DNA of 32,000 nt from Pseudodesulfovibrio piezophilus C1TLV30 (GCF_000341895.1 NC_020409.1:1860001-1892000); one strand, 5' to 3'; positions 1 to 7,923 are shown, numbered from the stretch's first letter. Program-made: numbers and translations. Notes: generated by a model not told the origin, from the letters alone.

Positions 1-280
1 TGAAAAGCAGTGTAAAGGATGTGGACAACTCCCCTGTCACCAGCGGCCGATCCTGCGTCCGAGGATTTTCCCGGTCTATGTCCAGATCGGCATACCGGTT
101 GAAAGCCATGGCAAAGGACCTGACCGCGACCATGGCAATGGTCAGAACCACCAGATTGAACAGACCAGGCCAACCATCAGCGGCCAGAAACGCGCCTATG
201 AAGGCAAAAGGGAGGGCGAACACAGAATGTTCGATCTTAATCATCCGGCAGATAACACCAAGGTCTTTCGTCATTGTCAT
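1..280 (-). CDS. UbiA-family polyprenyltransferase (MqnP / 4-hydroxybenzoate prenyltransferase-like), N-terminal fragment running off the window edge
   Basis: Manual reverse translation from ATG at 280 (or 274) gives MTMTKDLGVICRMIKIEHSVFALPFAFIGAFLAADGW...AFNRYADLDIDRENPRTQDRPLVTGELS. This has the IEHSVFALPFA helix and the N-x3-D-x3-D prenyl-diphosphate binding motif followed by RT..RPL, typical of UbiA/MqnP enzymes. It is absent from the ORF track because no stop lies inside the window. Confidence 0.7.
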   Translation of the reverse strand, partial: MTMTKDLGVICRMIKIEHSVFALPFAFIGAFLAADGWPGLFNLVVLTIAMVAVRSFAMAFNRYADLDIDRENPRTQDRPLVTGELSTSFTLLF

Positions 281-380
281 GTCTTCAACTCTCAATCATA
301 CTCTTCACATAATTACGCATTCAAATCTTCACTACAGGCATCCGGCAAGTAAAGAAAAAAGCCTACACGGTTCGCGGAAA

Positions 381-821
381 TCAATATTTATTGACCAGCA
401 CGGCCCCCGCGATGAGCAGGCCGATCCCCACCAGTCTAGGCCATGAGATCGGGTGAATATCAAAGCTGACCAGACCAAAATGATCCAGGACCAGCGCGGC
501 AAGGAATTGGCCGGTCAGCAACCAGGCCATTGACGTCGTGGCCCCGAGCTTACCCGCCAACACAATAGTGATGCACACGAAGAAGGCACCCAAGGCACCA
601 CCGGTCCACGACCATAAAGGCGCGCTCCCGACCATGGACAGCGACGGCACGGGCCGTGTCAGAAAACCGAACATTCCCAGCGCAACAGTCCCCACGGCAA
701 AGGAAACAAAAGCGGCCATGACCGGATCGTTAAGCGCATAGCGCAACCGCAAATTAATTCCTGCCTGAAGCGGCAGGGCTGCCCCGGCCAGCAACGCCAG
801 AAAAATAAATATCCATTTCAT
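381..821 (-). CDS. DMT-superfamily small membrane transporter (DUF606 / YdcZ-like)
   Basis: 146-aa ORF that is very hydrophobic, with about 5 predicted TM helices. N-terminus MKWIFIFLALLAGAALPLQAGIN..L resembles the YdcZ/DUF606 family. The overlapping plus-strand ORFs have junk composition. Confidence 0.7.
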   Translation of the reverse strand: MKWIFIFLALLAGAALPLQAGINLRLRYALNDPVMAAFVSFAVGTVALGMFGFLTRPVPSLSMVGSAPLWSWTGGALGAFFVCITIVLAGKLGATTSMAWLLTGQFLAALVLDHFGLVSFDIHPISWPRLVGIGLLIAGAVLVNKY

Positions 822-978
822 CTAGGAAGGATATCCAGCTTTCTCCTCTTCGTCCATGGCTAATTCCCCGACTACATGACGGAATTGTCAATCATTCGTA
901 ACCGGAGCGCCATTCTCCCCGGCACAAATCCCGATAGATGGAGGAATGTGAAAACCAACATCTCTGAGAGGAGTAATC

Positions 979-1320
979 ATGACAGAAACGCAACGCCGAG
1001 AAATCAAATCCCACCTTATGCAAGGGCTTGATTCCCTGAGCACACAATGGGTGGGTGAAAGCCTTGTTGTGGAGAACTGCCCGGATGAAACCGACTTCGC
1101 ATCTCAACTCGCCCAGCAGGGTGTCAACGTCGCCATGTTGCATCGCCGCATGACACGCATGAGAGAATTGGAAAACGCCCTCAAGCGGTTGCACGAGACC
1201 GACTACGGAACATGTGAAGAGTGCAGCGAGGAGATCGGATTAGCCCGTTTGAAGGCAAATCCTTCTGCCCGATTGTGTGTCTCATGCCAATCCGCCCTGG
1301 AAGACGGTCTCTCGCATTAA
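979..1320 (+). CDS. DksA/TraR-family C4 zinc-finger protein (compact DksA-like)
   Basis: 113 aa. SD GAGAGGAG lies 5 nt before the ATG. C-terminal CEEC-x17-CVSC zinc finger. DETDFA matches the DksA DxxDxA coiled-coil tip motif. Confidence 0.85.
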   Translation: MTETQRREIKSHLMQGLDSLSTQWVGESLVVENCPDETDFASQLAQQGVNVAMLHRRMTRMRELENALKRLHETDYGTCEECSEEIGLARLKANPSARLCVSCQSALEDGLSH

Positions 1321-1353
1321 TCGCTCACCCAAAACCTGATTGTGGGGTATATA

Positions 1354-3792
1354 ATGGCTGAATCACGGTTCAAAGTGGACATGCACGTCCACTCGAAGTT
1401 TTCCACGCGACCATCCCAATGGATACTTCAGAAGATCGGCTGTCCTGAAAGTTTTACGGAGCCGACCGAACTGTATGCCATTGCCCGGAAGCGCGGCATG
1501 GACCTGGTGACCATAACCGACCACAACACCATTCAAGGCGCTCTGGAAATAGCCCATCTCCCCGGAACCTTCATCAGTGAGGAAATCACCACCTATTTCC
1601 CGGAAGACCGATGCAAGCTTCACGTCCTGGCGTATGCCATTGATGAAATCCAACATGCAGAAATTCAAAAATACCGAGACAATGTTTTCGAACTAGTACC
1701 CTATCTGCGGAGTCAGGGCATTGTCCACGCCCTGGCGCACCCGCTCTTCGCGGTCAATGACAGATTGACGCCCGCCCACTTCGAGCGGGCGCTTCTCCTT
1801 TTTGAGATATTCGAGGAGAATGGCACACGAGATGCCCGGCAGAATCAGGTGCTGCGAGATATCCTCACCCGACTCACCCCCGTGGACATGGAACGCCTGG
1901 CAAACATGCATGACTTACGCCCGCATGGAGATCGCCCATGGGTCAAAGGGATTATGGGCGGTTCCGACGATCACAGCTCACTCAACATCGCCCGGATGTA
2001 CAGCACATTCACAGGCTCGCCGTCACTGGAGAACGTCCTGTCAGGCATTAAGGCCCATACCTGCCGTCCCGGAGGCTCTGCGGCCACGCCGCGAACCATG
2101 GCCCATAACCTCTACGGCATCGCCTACCAGTTTTATCGCTCACGAATTGGTGCCATGAGCCACGCCGCAAGCGAGCATATCTGCTTCCGATTTGCCCGAA
2201 ACGTCCTTGAGCCTTGCGGAGAAAAGACAGAAACCAGTTCCATAGTAGATCGCTTTCTCCGCCTCATCGGACGGGGAAAATCAACACTGCACCGAGAATA
2301 CGGCCCCACAGATTCAGTGCAGCAGATGCTGCTCAAAGAAGCGGGCACAATCATTATCAACGACCCTGACCTGATGCGTATCGCCCAGGGCAAGATCACT
2401 GACGTCCTTGTGCTTGAGCGGGAATGGTCTCGCTTTGTTTCTCTTGCCGCAAACAGGGTTCTCTCCCAGTTTGCGGATCGAACGCTCAATTCCCTGCTCG
2501 GGGCCAACCTCTTTGATGTCTTTCATTCCATCGGCTCGGCTGGCTCCCTCTATGCACTCCTCGTTCCCTACTTCGTGGGCTATGACCTCTTTTCCAGCGA
2601 GCGCAAGTTCTCTCGTGATTGCCTGGCTCGCTTTCGCAGCAAGCCCAGGGATAACGGGGGGCAAGACCTCAAGATCGCTCACTTCACGGATACTTTCGAT
2701 GAAATAAACGGCGTGGCCCGCACGATTCGCCAACAACTCGAAATGGTGGCCCGCCACGGCAAAGATATGACCGTCATCACCTGTGGTGCCAAGGCAGATG
2801 TCCCCGGCGCTGTCAGCTTTGCCCCGGTCGGACGTTTCTCCATCCCGGAATATCCCGAGATAATTCTGGCATATCCGCCATTCCTCAATATGCTCACCCA
2901 TTGTTTCGAGCAGGAATACGACTGCATTCTCGCGGCAACTCCCGGCCCGGTCGGACTCGCAGCCCTCGCCATCTCTAAAATCCTCAAGCTTCCTTTCCAC
3001 GGCACGTATCATACCGCTTTTCCCGAATACGTGGGCGCTTTTACCGAAGATGCCACTCTCGAAGACGGCTGCTGGCGGTACATGAGTTGGTTTTATGACC
3101 AAATGCAGGTGATTTACGCCCCCAGCGAGGCCACCAAATTCGAACTCTCGGACCGAGGTATCGACCCGGAAAAAATCGTAACCTACCCCCGGGGAGTTGA
3201 TACCGAACGATTCCATCCCACCAGACGAAACGGCTTCTATACCCAGTTTCAAATTCAAAGCCGCACCAAACTTCTCTATGTTGGCCGCATCTCACAGGAA
3301 AAGGGCCTTGATGCCCTGGCCGATGCTTTTTCCAAGGTCTCCAAGATACGTGAAGGTCTTCAATTAATTGTTGTCGGAGACGGCCCATACCTTTCTGAAA
3401 TGCGACGAATTCTCAAAGGGACCCCCGTCACATTCACCGGAGTCCTGAAAGGGGATGCCCTCGCCCAAGCTTATGCCAGCGCGGACCTTTTCGTCTTCCC
3501 TTCAGCCACGGACACTTTCGGTAATGTGGTCCTCGAAGCCCAGGCTTCAGGCCTGCCCGTAATCGTCACTGACAAGGGCGGTCCGTGCGAAAATGTCTTG
3601 CCGAACGAAACCGGACTGATCTTTCCCGCTGATGATGTCGACGCGCTGCTTCGAGCCATCGTCTACATGATAGATACCCCAGAACGCATCGAATACATGG
3701 GGAAAAAGGCCAGGACCCATGTCGAGAACAGAACCTTCGACGCGACCTTCCTCAAGACCTGGGAAATTTTCGACTCCAACGTTAACGCCTAG
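1354..3792 (+). CDS. Fusion protein: N-terminal PHP-family phosphoesterase domain, central region of unknown function, C-terminal GT4 (group 1) glycosyltransferase
   Basis: Continuous ORF. The track starts at GTG 1342; ATG 1354 (MAESRF) seems more likely. PHP motifs: DMHVHSKFS, ITDHNT, LAHP, GGSDDHS. GT-B/GT4 motifs from about aa 443: KIAHFTDTFDEINGVARTI ... ADLFVFPSATDTFGNVVLEAQASGLPVIVTDKGGP. Confidence 0.85.
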   Translation: MAESRFKVDMHVHSKFSTRPSQWILQKIGCPESFTEPTELYAIARKRGMDLVTITDHNTIQGALEIAHLPGTFISEEITTYFPEDRCKLHVLAYAIDEIQHAEIQKYRDNVFELVPYLRSQGIVHALAHPLFAVNDRLTPAHFERALLLFEIFEENGTRDARQNQVLRDILTRLTPVDMERLANMHDLRPHGDRPWVKGIMGGSDDHSSLNIARMYSTFTGSPSLENVLSGIKAHTCRPGGSAATPRTMAHNLYGIAYQFYRSRIGAMSHAASEHICFRFARNVLEPCGEKTETSSIVDRFLRLIGRGKSTLHREYGPTDSVQQMLLKEAGTIIINDPDLMRIAQGKITDVLVLEREWSRFVSLAANRVLSQFADRTLNSLLGANLFDVFHSIGSAGSLYALLVPYFVGYDLFSSERKFSRDCLARFRSKPRDNGGQDLKIAHFTDTFDEINGVARTIRQQLEMVARHGKDMTVITCGAKADVPGAVSFAPVGRFSIPEYPEIILAYPPFLNMLTHCFEQEYDCILAATPGPVGLAALAISKILKLPFHGTYHTAFPEYVGAFTEDATLEDGCWRYMSWFYDQMQVIYAPSEATKFELSDRGIDPEKIVTYPRGVDTERFHPTRRNGFYTQFQIQSRTKLLYVGRISQEKGLDALADAFSKVSKIREGLQLIVVGDGPYLSEMRRILKGTPVTFTGVLKGDALAQAYASADLFVFPSATDTFGNVVLEAQASGLPVIVTDKGGPCENVLPNETGLIFPADDVDALLRAIVYMIDTPERIEYMGKKARTHVENRTFDATFLKTWEIFDSNVNA

Positions 3793-4061
3793 ATAAACGA
3801 CCCCGAAAAGTCTGGCTGAAACCTATTGCTATTTTGACTGATATTTATACCAGACGCGTCGTGAAATACTCCGTTTCTTTCATGCTGGCCCCAGGTCTGC
3901 TGCGAAAATTCTGCTCAGGCTGGCACAGCAGGATGAACACATTCGAGAAATTGTCGATACCAAAGCCGTCACGGATTTTTTGAGAAGCGGGAAGCCTATG
4001 TTGATCCCGAAGGGACTCACACCGGGGAGAAAAAGCTGATTTTCTTTTTCCATTCGAAATC

Positions 4062-4099
4062 AAAACGGCACACTCCTTGCGGTAGGAGTGCGCCGTTTT
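4062..4099. terminator. Bidirectional intrinsic terminator between convergent genes
   Basis: aaaacggcacactcc (4062-4076) pairs with ggagtgcgccgtttt (4085-4099), a 15-bp stem with one A-C mismatch. A/T runs flank it on both sides. It lies 43 nt past the rfaE2 stop. Confidence 0.6.
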
Positions 4100-4142
4100 A
4101 CTACAGTGTGAGAATGACTCCGGCTCTGGGCCGAAAGACTCT

Positions 4143-4628
4143 TTAACTGGTCCTGATTTTCTCCAGGAACCCGGTCGTCGAGTATCCTTCCAAAAGCGGC
4201 AGGCTGTGAACTTCGCCACCAGCCTTGGTAACCACATCATTGCCAACGATCTGATCCACGGCCCAGTCTCCGCCTTTGACAAGCACATCGGGACGGGCAG
4301 CCTTGATCAGCTCAAGAGGAGTGGATTCGTGAAAGATCACAATGTAATCCACGCACTCCAAACCAGCGAGAACAAAAGCCCTCTCCTCTTGCGGATTCAC
4401 AGGACGGTCATCCCCCTTGCCCAGCATCTTGACGGACTCATCAGAATTGAGACCGAGAATAAGGGAATCGCCAAGGGAACGGGCACGGGAAAGCAAGTCC
4501 ACGTGTCCGGGATGGAGCACATCGAAACATCCATTGGTAAAGACCAATTTATGCCCAGGCATCAATTCCGCCTTCCGTTTCAGGAAGGTACGGATACTCA
4601 TGAGTTTAGGATTGGCAGGAAGGCCCAC
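4143..4628 (-). CDS. rfaE2: D-glycero-beta-D-manno-heptose 1-phosphate adenylyltransferase (stand-alone RfaE/HldE domain II)
   Basis: LVFTNGCFDVLHPGHVDLLSRARSLGDSLILGLNSDESV ... RPVNP ... DVLVKGGDW ... STTGFLEKI is collinear with the HldE C-terminal cytidylyltransferase domain. GTG start at 4628 is preceded by AAGGAG at a 9-nt spacing and overlaps the upstream gene's stop. An alternative ATG is at 4601. Confidence 0.85.
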   Translation of the reverse strand: MGLPANPKLMSIRTFLKRKAELMPGHKLVFTNGCFDVLHPGHVDLLSRARSLGDSLILGLNSDESVKMLGKGDDRPVNPQEERAFVLAGLECVDYIVIFHESTPLELIKAARPDVLVKGGDWAVDQIVGNDVVTKAGGEVHSLPLLEGYSTTGFLEKIRTS

Positions 4629-5403
4629 GGGGTGTGACTCCTTTTGGTTTGAGCTTGGTTGTGTCGTGGAAGAGCATCAGCTCGAACCAGTCCATGGCAA
4701 AAGATAAGGCGACAAATTCATCTTCAAGGATTGCTTTCTGTCGTTTTTCGTCAATATCGACACGCTCAAAGAGGCGCATCTTGACGATAAAACGCTGAAA
4801 CTCATCTACTTTGTACAGGGCGAGAGTCGCCAGATGGCTCATCTTATCGGAAACAGGACGCCCTCCCTCCTTGATGCGGGCGAGGATATTCATATACCGA
4901 TCGTTACTGGCAGTATATTCTTGAAAGCCCTGATCTTTTTTCCAACTGACACCGGTCCATTCATCCTGTTCCTTGAACCCGCAGCAATGGTCTTCCTTGA
5001 CAATGAAGAATTGCTCTTTGACGCCGCCGTTGCCATCCGGTCGGGTGGCACGGCCAAGAGGGTACATGCGGCAAGCTCCAGGACGATCAGCGTAGATGGA
5101 GCATCCCTGCTTGGTGACAAAGGGGCAGGTCTGGGCCGCGCTGTCTGTCATGCGAAACTTGAAAACCGGGAAATTACTATCCGGTGCACGGTGTCCGTAG
5201 GTATAGATGCGCAGAAAATCGATGCTGTTTTTCGAGGTGGCACTCCTCATGCGCAGAATATCGTAGGGAGTCAGAACCAGATCAAGGTCGCTGCAACAGG
5301 CATTGAAACATTCAATGCCTGGGTAACATTTGAATTGGTATGTCTTTCCTTCCTCCAGTTCGGGGAGGGAGTCGAGAAAATCTTTAGTCTCGTCAGTGCT
5401 CAT
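4606..5403 (-). CDS. YkgJ-family (CxxCxxCC, PF03692-type) cysteine-cluster protein
   Basis: Motifs CYPGIECFNACCSD and CPFVTKQGCSIYADRPGACRMYPL. ATG at 5403 is preceded by AGGAGA at a 5-nt spacing. The track's longer start at 5421 lacks an SD. Confidence 0.8.
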   Translation of the reverse strand: MSTDETKDFLDSLPELEEGKTYQFKCYPGIECFNACCSDLDLVLTPYDILRMRSATSKNSIDFLRIYTYGHRAPDSNFPVFKFRMTDSAAQTCPFVTKQGCSIYADRPGACRMYPLGRATRPDGNGGVKEQFFIVKEDHCCGFKEQDEWTGVSWKKDQGFQEYTASNDRYMNILARIKEGGRPVSDKMSHLATLALYKVDEFQRFIVKMRLFERVDIDEKRQKAILEDEFVALSFAMDWFELMLFHDTTKLKPKGVTPRGPSCQS

Positions 5404-5523
5404 GGCATTCTCCTGGACCAAGGCCCATTTGAGTTTCCGGCAACGAAAGCGTCCCGTTGTCGGGTGGCCTCTCCTAGCACGACTCGGCAGGGGAGCAAAG
5501 TCGAGCCAAAGTCAGGTCGAAAT

Positions 5524-5778
5524 CTAGGAAGGAATCTCAGTGGGAGCATTCTCAGCATCGGCATCAGCGACACCCGCTTCATTGGTCATTGAAGCATAGG
5601 CTTCCTTGAAAATGAGTTTGGTTGCCATTTCATCGGCTTGTTCACCCAGCTCCATCAGGTGTTCGAGAAAATCAATAATCTCCAGACGACGGGCTTCCTC
5701 GCCGTTTTCAAATTCGAATTGACAGTCTCCACTCTCAAAATAATGCGCCACGCGCTTCAGGTAATCGATATCCAGCAT
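5524..5778 (-). CDS. Small acidic hypothetical protein (84 aa), translationally coupled to rlmH
   Basis: Strong SD: AGGAGA, then 6 nt, then ATG. The SD overlaps the rlmH TAG stop. Coding-like composition with many Glu/Asp. I recognise no family. Confidence 0.6.
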   Translation of the reverse strand: MLDIDYLKRVAHYFESGDCQFEFENGEEARRLEIIDFLEHLMELGEQADEMATKLIFKEAYASMTNEAGVADADAENAPTEIPS

Positions 5779-5788
5779 CTATTTTCTC

Positions 5789-6259
5789 CTAATCGTGATG
5801 ATACGGCATGTTCTTATGAATGGTCCCGGCACGGTACAATTGCTCCAGCAATACGAGACGCGCCAATTCATGCGGCAAAGTCATGTCGCTGAGGCGGATG
5901 GAGTGCCGTGCCGCCGATTTGACCTCATCGGACAGGCCAAAGGGGCCACCAATAACAAAAACCGGCCGTTGATTGGGAGCATCTGTCCAGGTCCGAAGAC
6001 GCTTGGCCAACGTGCGCGAGGTCATATTTTCGCCAAATTCATCAAGAATGATGATGATATCCCCCTTGCTCACTTTGGCGAGAATACCCTCCCCTTCCTT
6101 TCGACTCTTGTCTGGCGGGGGGAGCTTGCCCGGCGCATCCTTGACGATGGATTCTTCTAGCTTGAAAAAACGGGACAGTTTTTTCCAGTAATGCGCGCAC
6201 CCATCCACGGAATGTTTTTCTTTGAGCTTTCCGACCCATATAAAACCTATTTTCGACAT
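5789..6259 (-). CDS. rlmH: 23S rRNA (pseudouridine1915-N3)-methyltransferase RlmH
   Basis: MSKIGFIWVGKLKEKH ... ILDEFGENMTSRTLAKRL ... VFVIGGPFGLSDEV ... LSDMTLPHELARLVLLEQLYRA is the typical SPOUT RlmH pattern. ATG at 6259 overlaps the upstream gene's TGA by 1 nt. Confidence 0.9.
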   Translation of the reverse strand: MSKIGFIWVGKLKEKHSVDGCAHYWKKLSRFFKLEESIVKDAPGKLPPPDKSRKEGEGILAKVSKGDIIIILDEFGENMTSRTLAKRLRTWTDAPNQRPVFVIGGPFGLSDEVKSAARHSIRLSDMTLPHELARLVLLEQLYRAGTIHKNMPYHHD

Positions 6260-6933
6260 CAGACACTCATCAGGGTGGCAGTCAGGAGACATTCCCGATA
6301 TTCAAGACGGACATACCTGCCACCGGCCAGCATGCCAGGGTTGAAGACCGGGGTTCGACCAATATGGTCACACCCCACGGACTCATGGATATGTCCGGTG
6401 ACAACAGCTGCGGGCTGCACTCTTTCGATAAAGTCACGGACCAGTCGACTCCCGACGTGTTGCCCGTTGCCCAGCATATCAAGCCTGGTTCCATAGGGAG
6501 GCTCGTGGATTGCCACAATGAGTTGCTTGAATGTCTTGGCCTGGAGGTATGTCTCCTCAAGCCACTTGCCAAGAACAGATTCTTCGACCTCACCGGGCGT
6601 GCCGAAAGGCGTAGGGGAGGAGAGCCCGACCCCCATCAAGCCGAGGTCCGGGGCTATTTCCCGAACCCGCAAGTGAATATCGATATCCCGCTCCTTCAAA
6701 TACGATTGGACCGCCTCGGTATCCATATTTCCGGGCTGAGCCAGAATCCGCGGATTCATGGCGCTAATGCGACCGAGAACCCGATCCGCGACTTCACGGG
6801 TGCCCACGTTGGTCAGATCACCGGTAATAATCACGCCTTCCGCTCCAGCCAGTCCCGGTATGGAATCGAGCACATCTGTGCTTTCGTGCACGTCTCCGAA
6901 TGCTATCCAATACATGGTGGTCAACTCCGTCAT
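6259..6933 (-). CDS. Calcineurin-like metallophosphoesterase
   Basis: Motifs FGDVHE, ITGDLTN, VAIHEPPYG, VTGHIHES. The start is ambiguous: ATG 6933, or ATG 6915, which has GGAG 9 nt upstream. The track's 6996 start is probably too long. Confidence 0.8.
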   Translation of the reverse strand: MTELTTMYWIAFGDVHESTDVLDSIPGLAGAEGVIITGDLTNVGTREVADRVLGRISAMNPRILAQPGNMDTEAVQSYLKERDIDIHLRVREIAPDLGLMGVGLSSPTPFGTPGEVEESVLGKWLEETYLQAKTFKQLIVAIHEPPYGTRLDMLGNGQHVGSRLVRDFIERVQPAAVVTGHIHESVGCDHIGRTPVFNPGMLAGGRYVRLEYRECLLTATLMSV

Positions 6934-7115
6934 GAAGGTCTTTTCACAATGTGGCGAGACAGTATCCGGGCCAGAGAGAGGAGTCAAATGGCACAATCCC
7001 GGCAGAGACGAGCCTGCTCTCGCTGAAACCCTCGTCAGTCTGACGAACTGGAGTGCACATCATAAGAGCCTCTGGAAAACTTGACCTCACGCCGAAATCC
7101 GGGCAAGCCAAGCGC

Positions 7116-7805
7116 ATGAACGAAACGTTATGGATCCTCTTTGCCCTCGTCGACCTGTGCATGGTCCTTTTCGTGTACCGGTTTTTTGGAAAAGTCGGGC
7201 TCTTTGGCCTGATGGTCTTCAACCTGTTACTGTGCAATATTCAGGTTCTCAAAACCGTGGAACTCTTTGGTCTGACCACGACCCTTGGGAATGTCCTTTA
7301 TGCCAGTGTTTTTCTCGCCACAGACCTGCTCAGCGAATTTCATGGCAAGAAAGAAGCTCAAAAAGGCGTCTTGCTCGGTTTTGTCGCACTGGTGATGATG
7401 GTCGGATACATGCAATTCGCGCTCTATTTTCAACCTGCGGCAGAGGACTTTGCCCAGCCCCATCTCCAGGCGCTCTTCGGGTTCATGCCGCGTATTGCCC
7501 TGGCAAGCATGATTGCGTACCTCATCTCACAACTTCATGATGTCTGGGCCTTTCACGCCATTAAGAACCGGACAGGTGACAAACTTCTCTGGCTCAGGAA
7601 CAACGCATCTACCATGGTCAGCCAATTTCTGGATTCCGCCATTTTCTGCACGATCGCTTTCTATGGCATGTTTCCCATGAACGTTTTCTGGGAAATCCTG
7701 CTTTCCACCTATATTATCAAGGTCGTTGTGGCGGCTCTGGATACACCGTTCATTTATCTTGCCCGCCATCTCTTCCGCAAGCAGGACACGGCCATCACGA
7801 CGTAA
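7116..7805 (+). CDS. yhhQ: Queuosine-precursor transporter, YhhQ/VUT (DUF165) family
   Basis: VFLATDLLSEFHG, PRIALASMIAYLISQLHDVWAFHAIK and LRNNASTMVSQFLDSAIFCTIAF are collinear with E. coli YhhQ blocks (FLATDL, ARIATASFMAY..QILDV.VFN, TASTLFGNVSDTLAFFFIAF). Confidence 0.8.
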   Translation: MNETLWILFALVDLCMVLFVYRFFGKVGLFGLMVFNLLLCNIQVLKTVELFGLTTTLGNVLYASVFLATDLLSEFHGKKEAQKGVLLGFVALVMMVGYMQFALYFQPAAEDFAQPHLQALFGFMPRIALASMIAYLISQLHDVWAFHAIKNRTGDKLLWLRNNASTMVSQFLDSAIFCTIAFYGMFPMNVFWEILLSTYIIKVVVAALDTPFIYLARHLFRKQDTAITT

Positions 7806-7885
7806 ACTCGTTTATTTGAATCCGGTGTGTCCTTTTGACACACAGCCGCGCCCCTACGGGTGCCGCGTTTCACACAGTTTTGTCT

Positions 7886-7913
7886 GCCCCTGCTTCGGCA
7901 GGGGCTTTTTATT
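7886..7913 (+). terminator. Intrinsic terminator after yhhQ, directly abutting the SD of the next gene
   Basis: gcccctgc (7886-7893), ttcg loop, gcaggggc (7898-7905), then TTTTTATT. Confidence 0.7.
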
Positions 7914-7923
7914 CGGAGAATCG

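Noticed and set aside
21-446. 141-aa plus-strand ORF at the window start
   Set aside because: The opposite strand encodes a clear UbiA-family N-terminus (1-280) and the end of the DUF606 gene. The plus frame is Arg/Ser-rich junk.
3921-3937. TGGCAC motif in the 3793-4142 intergenic region
   Set aside because: No TTGC follows at the required spacing (TGGCAC-AGCAG-GATGA), and no gene lies downstream.
3845-4288. 147-aa minus-strand ORF spanning the convergent intergenic region
   Set aside because: It overlaps the rfaE2 3' end out of frame, runs through the terminator hairpin, and has no SD and a basic junk composition.
6989-7004. Sigma-54-like element TGGCACAATCCCGGCA upstream of yhhQ
   Set aside because: The GG-N10-GC spacing is correct, but the -12 box is CGGC instead of TTGC, and it lies about 110 nt from the start codon. 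This is too weak to call without experimental or comparative support.
7000-7115. Possible preQ1 riboswitch upstream of the YhhQ-type transporter
   Set aside because: YhhQ genes are often preQ1-regulated. This leader, however, lacks the small P1 hairpin followed by the A-rich tail that pairs into the SD, which is characteristic of preQ1-I. I see no preQ1-II/III-like features either. Only a 6-bp hairpin (7032-7046) is present. An Rfam cmscan would settle the question.
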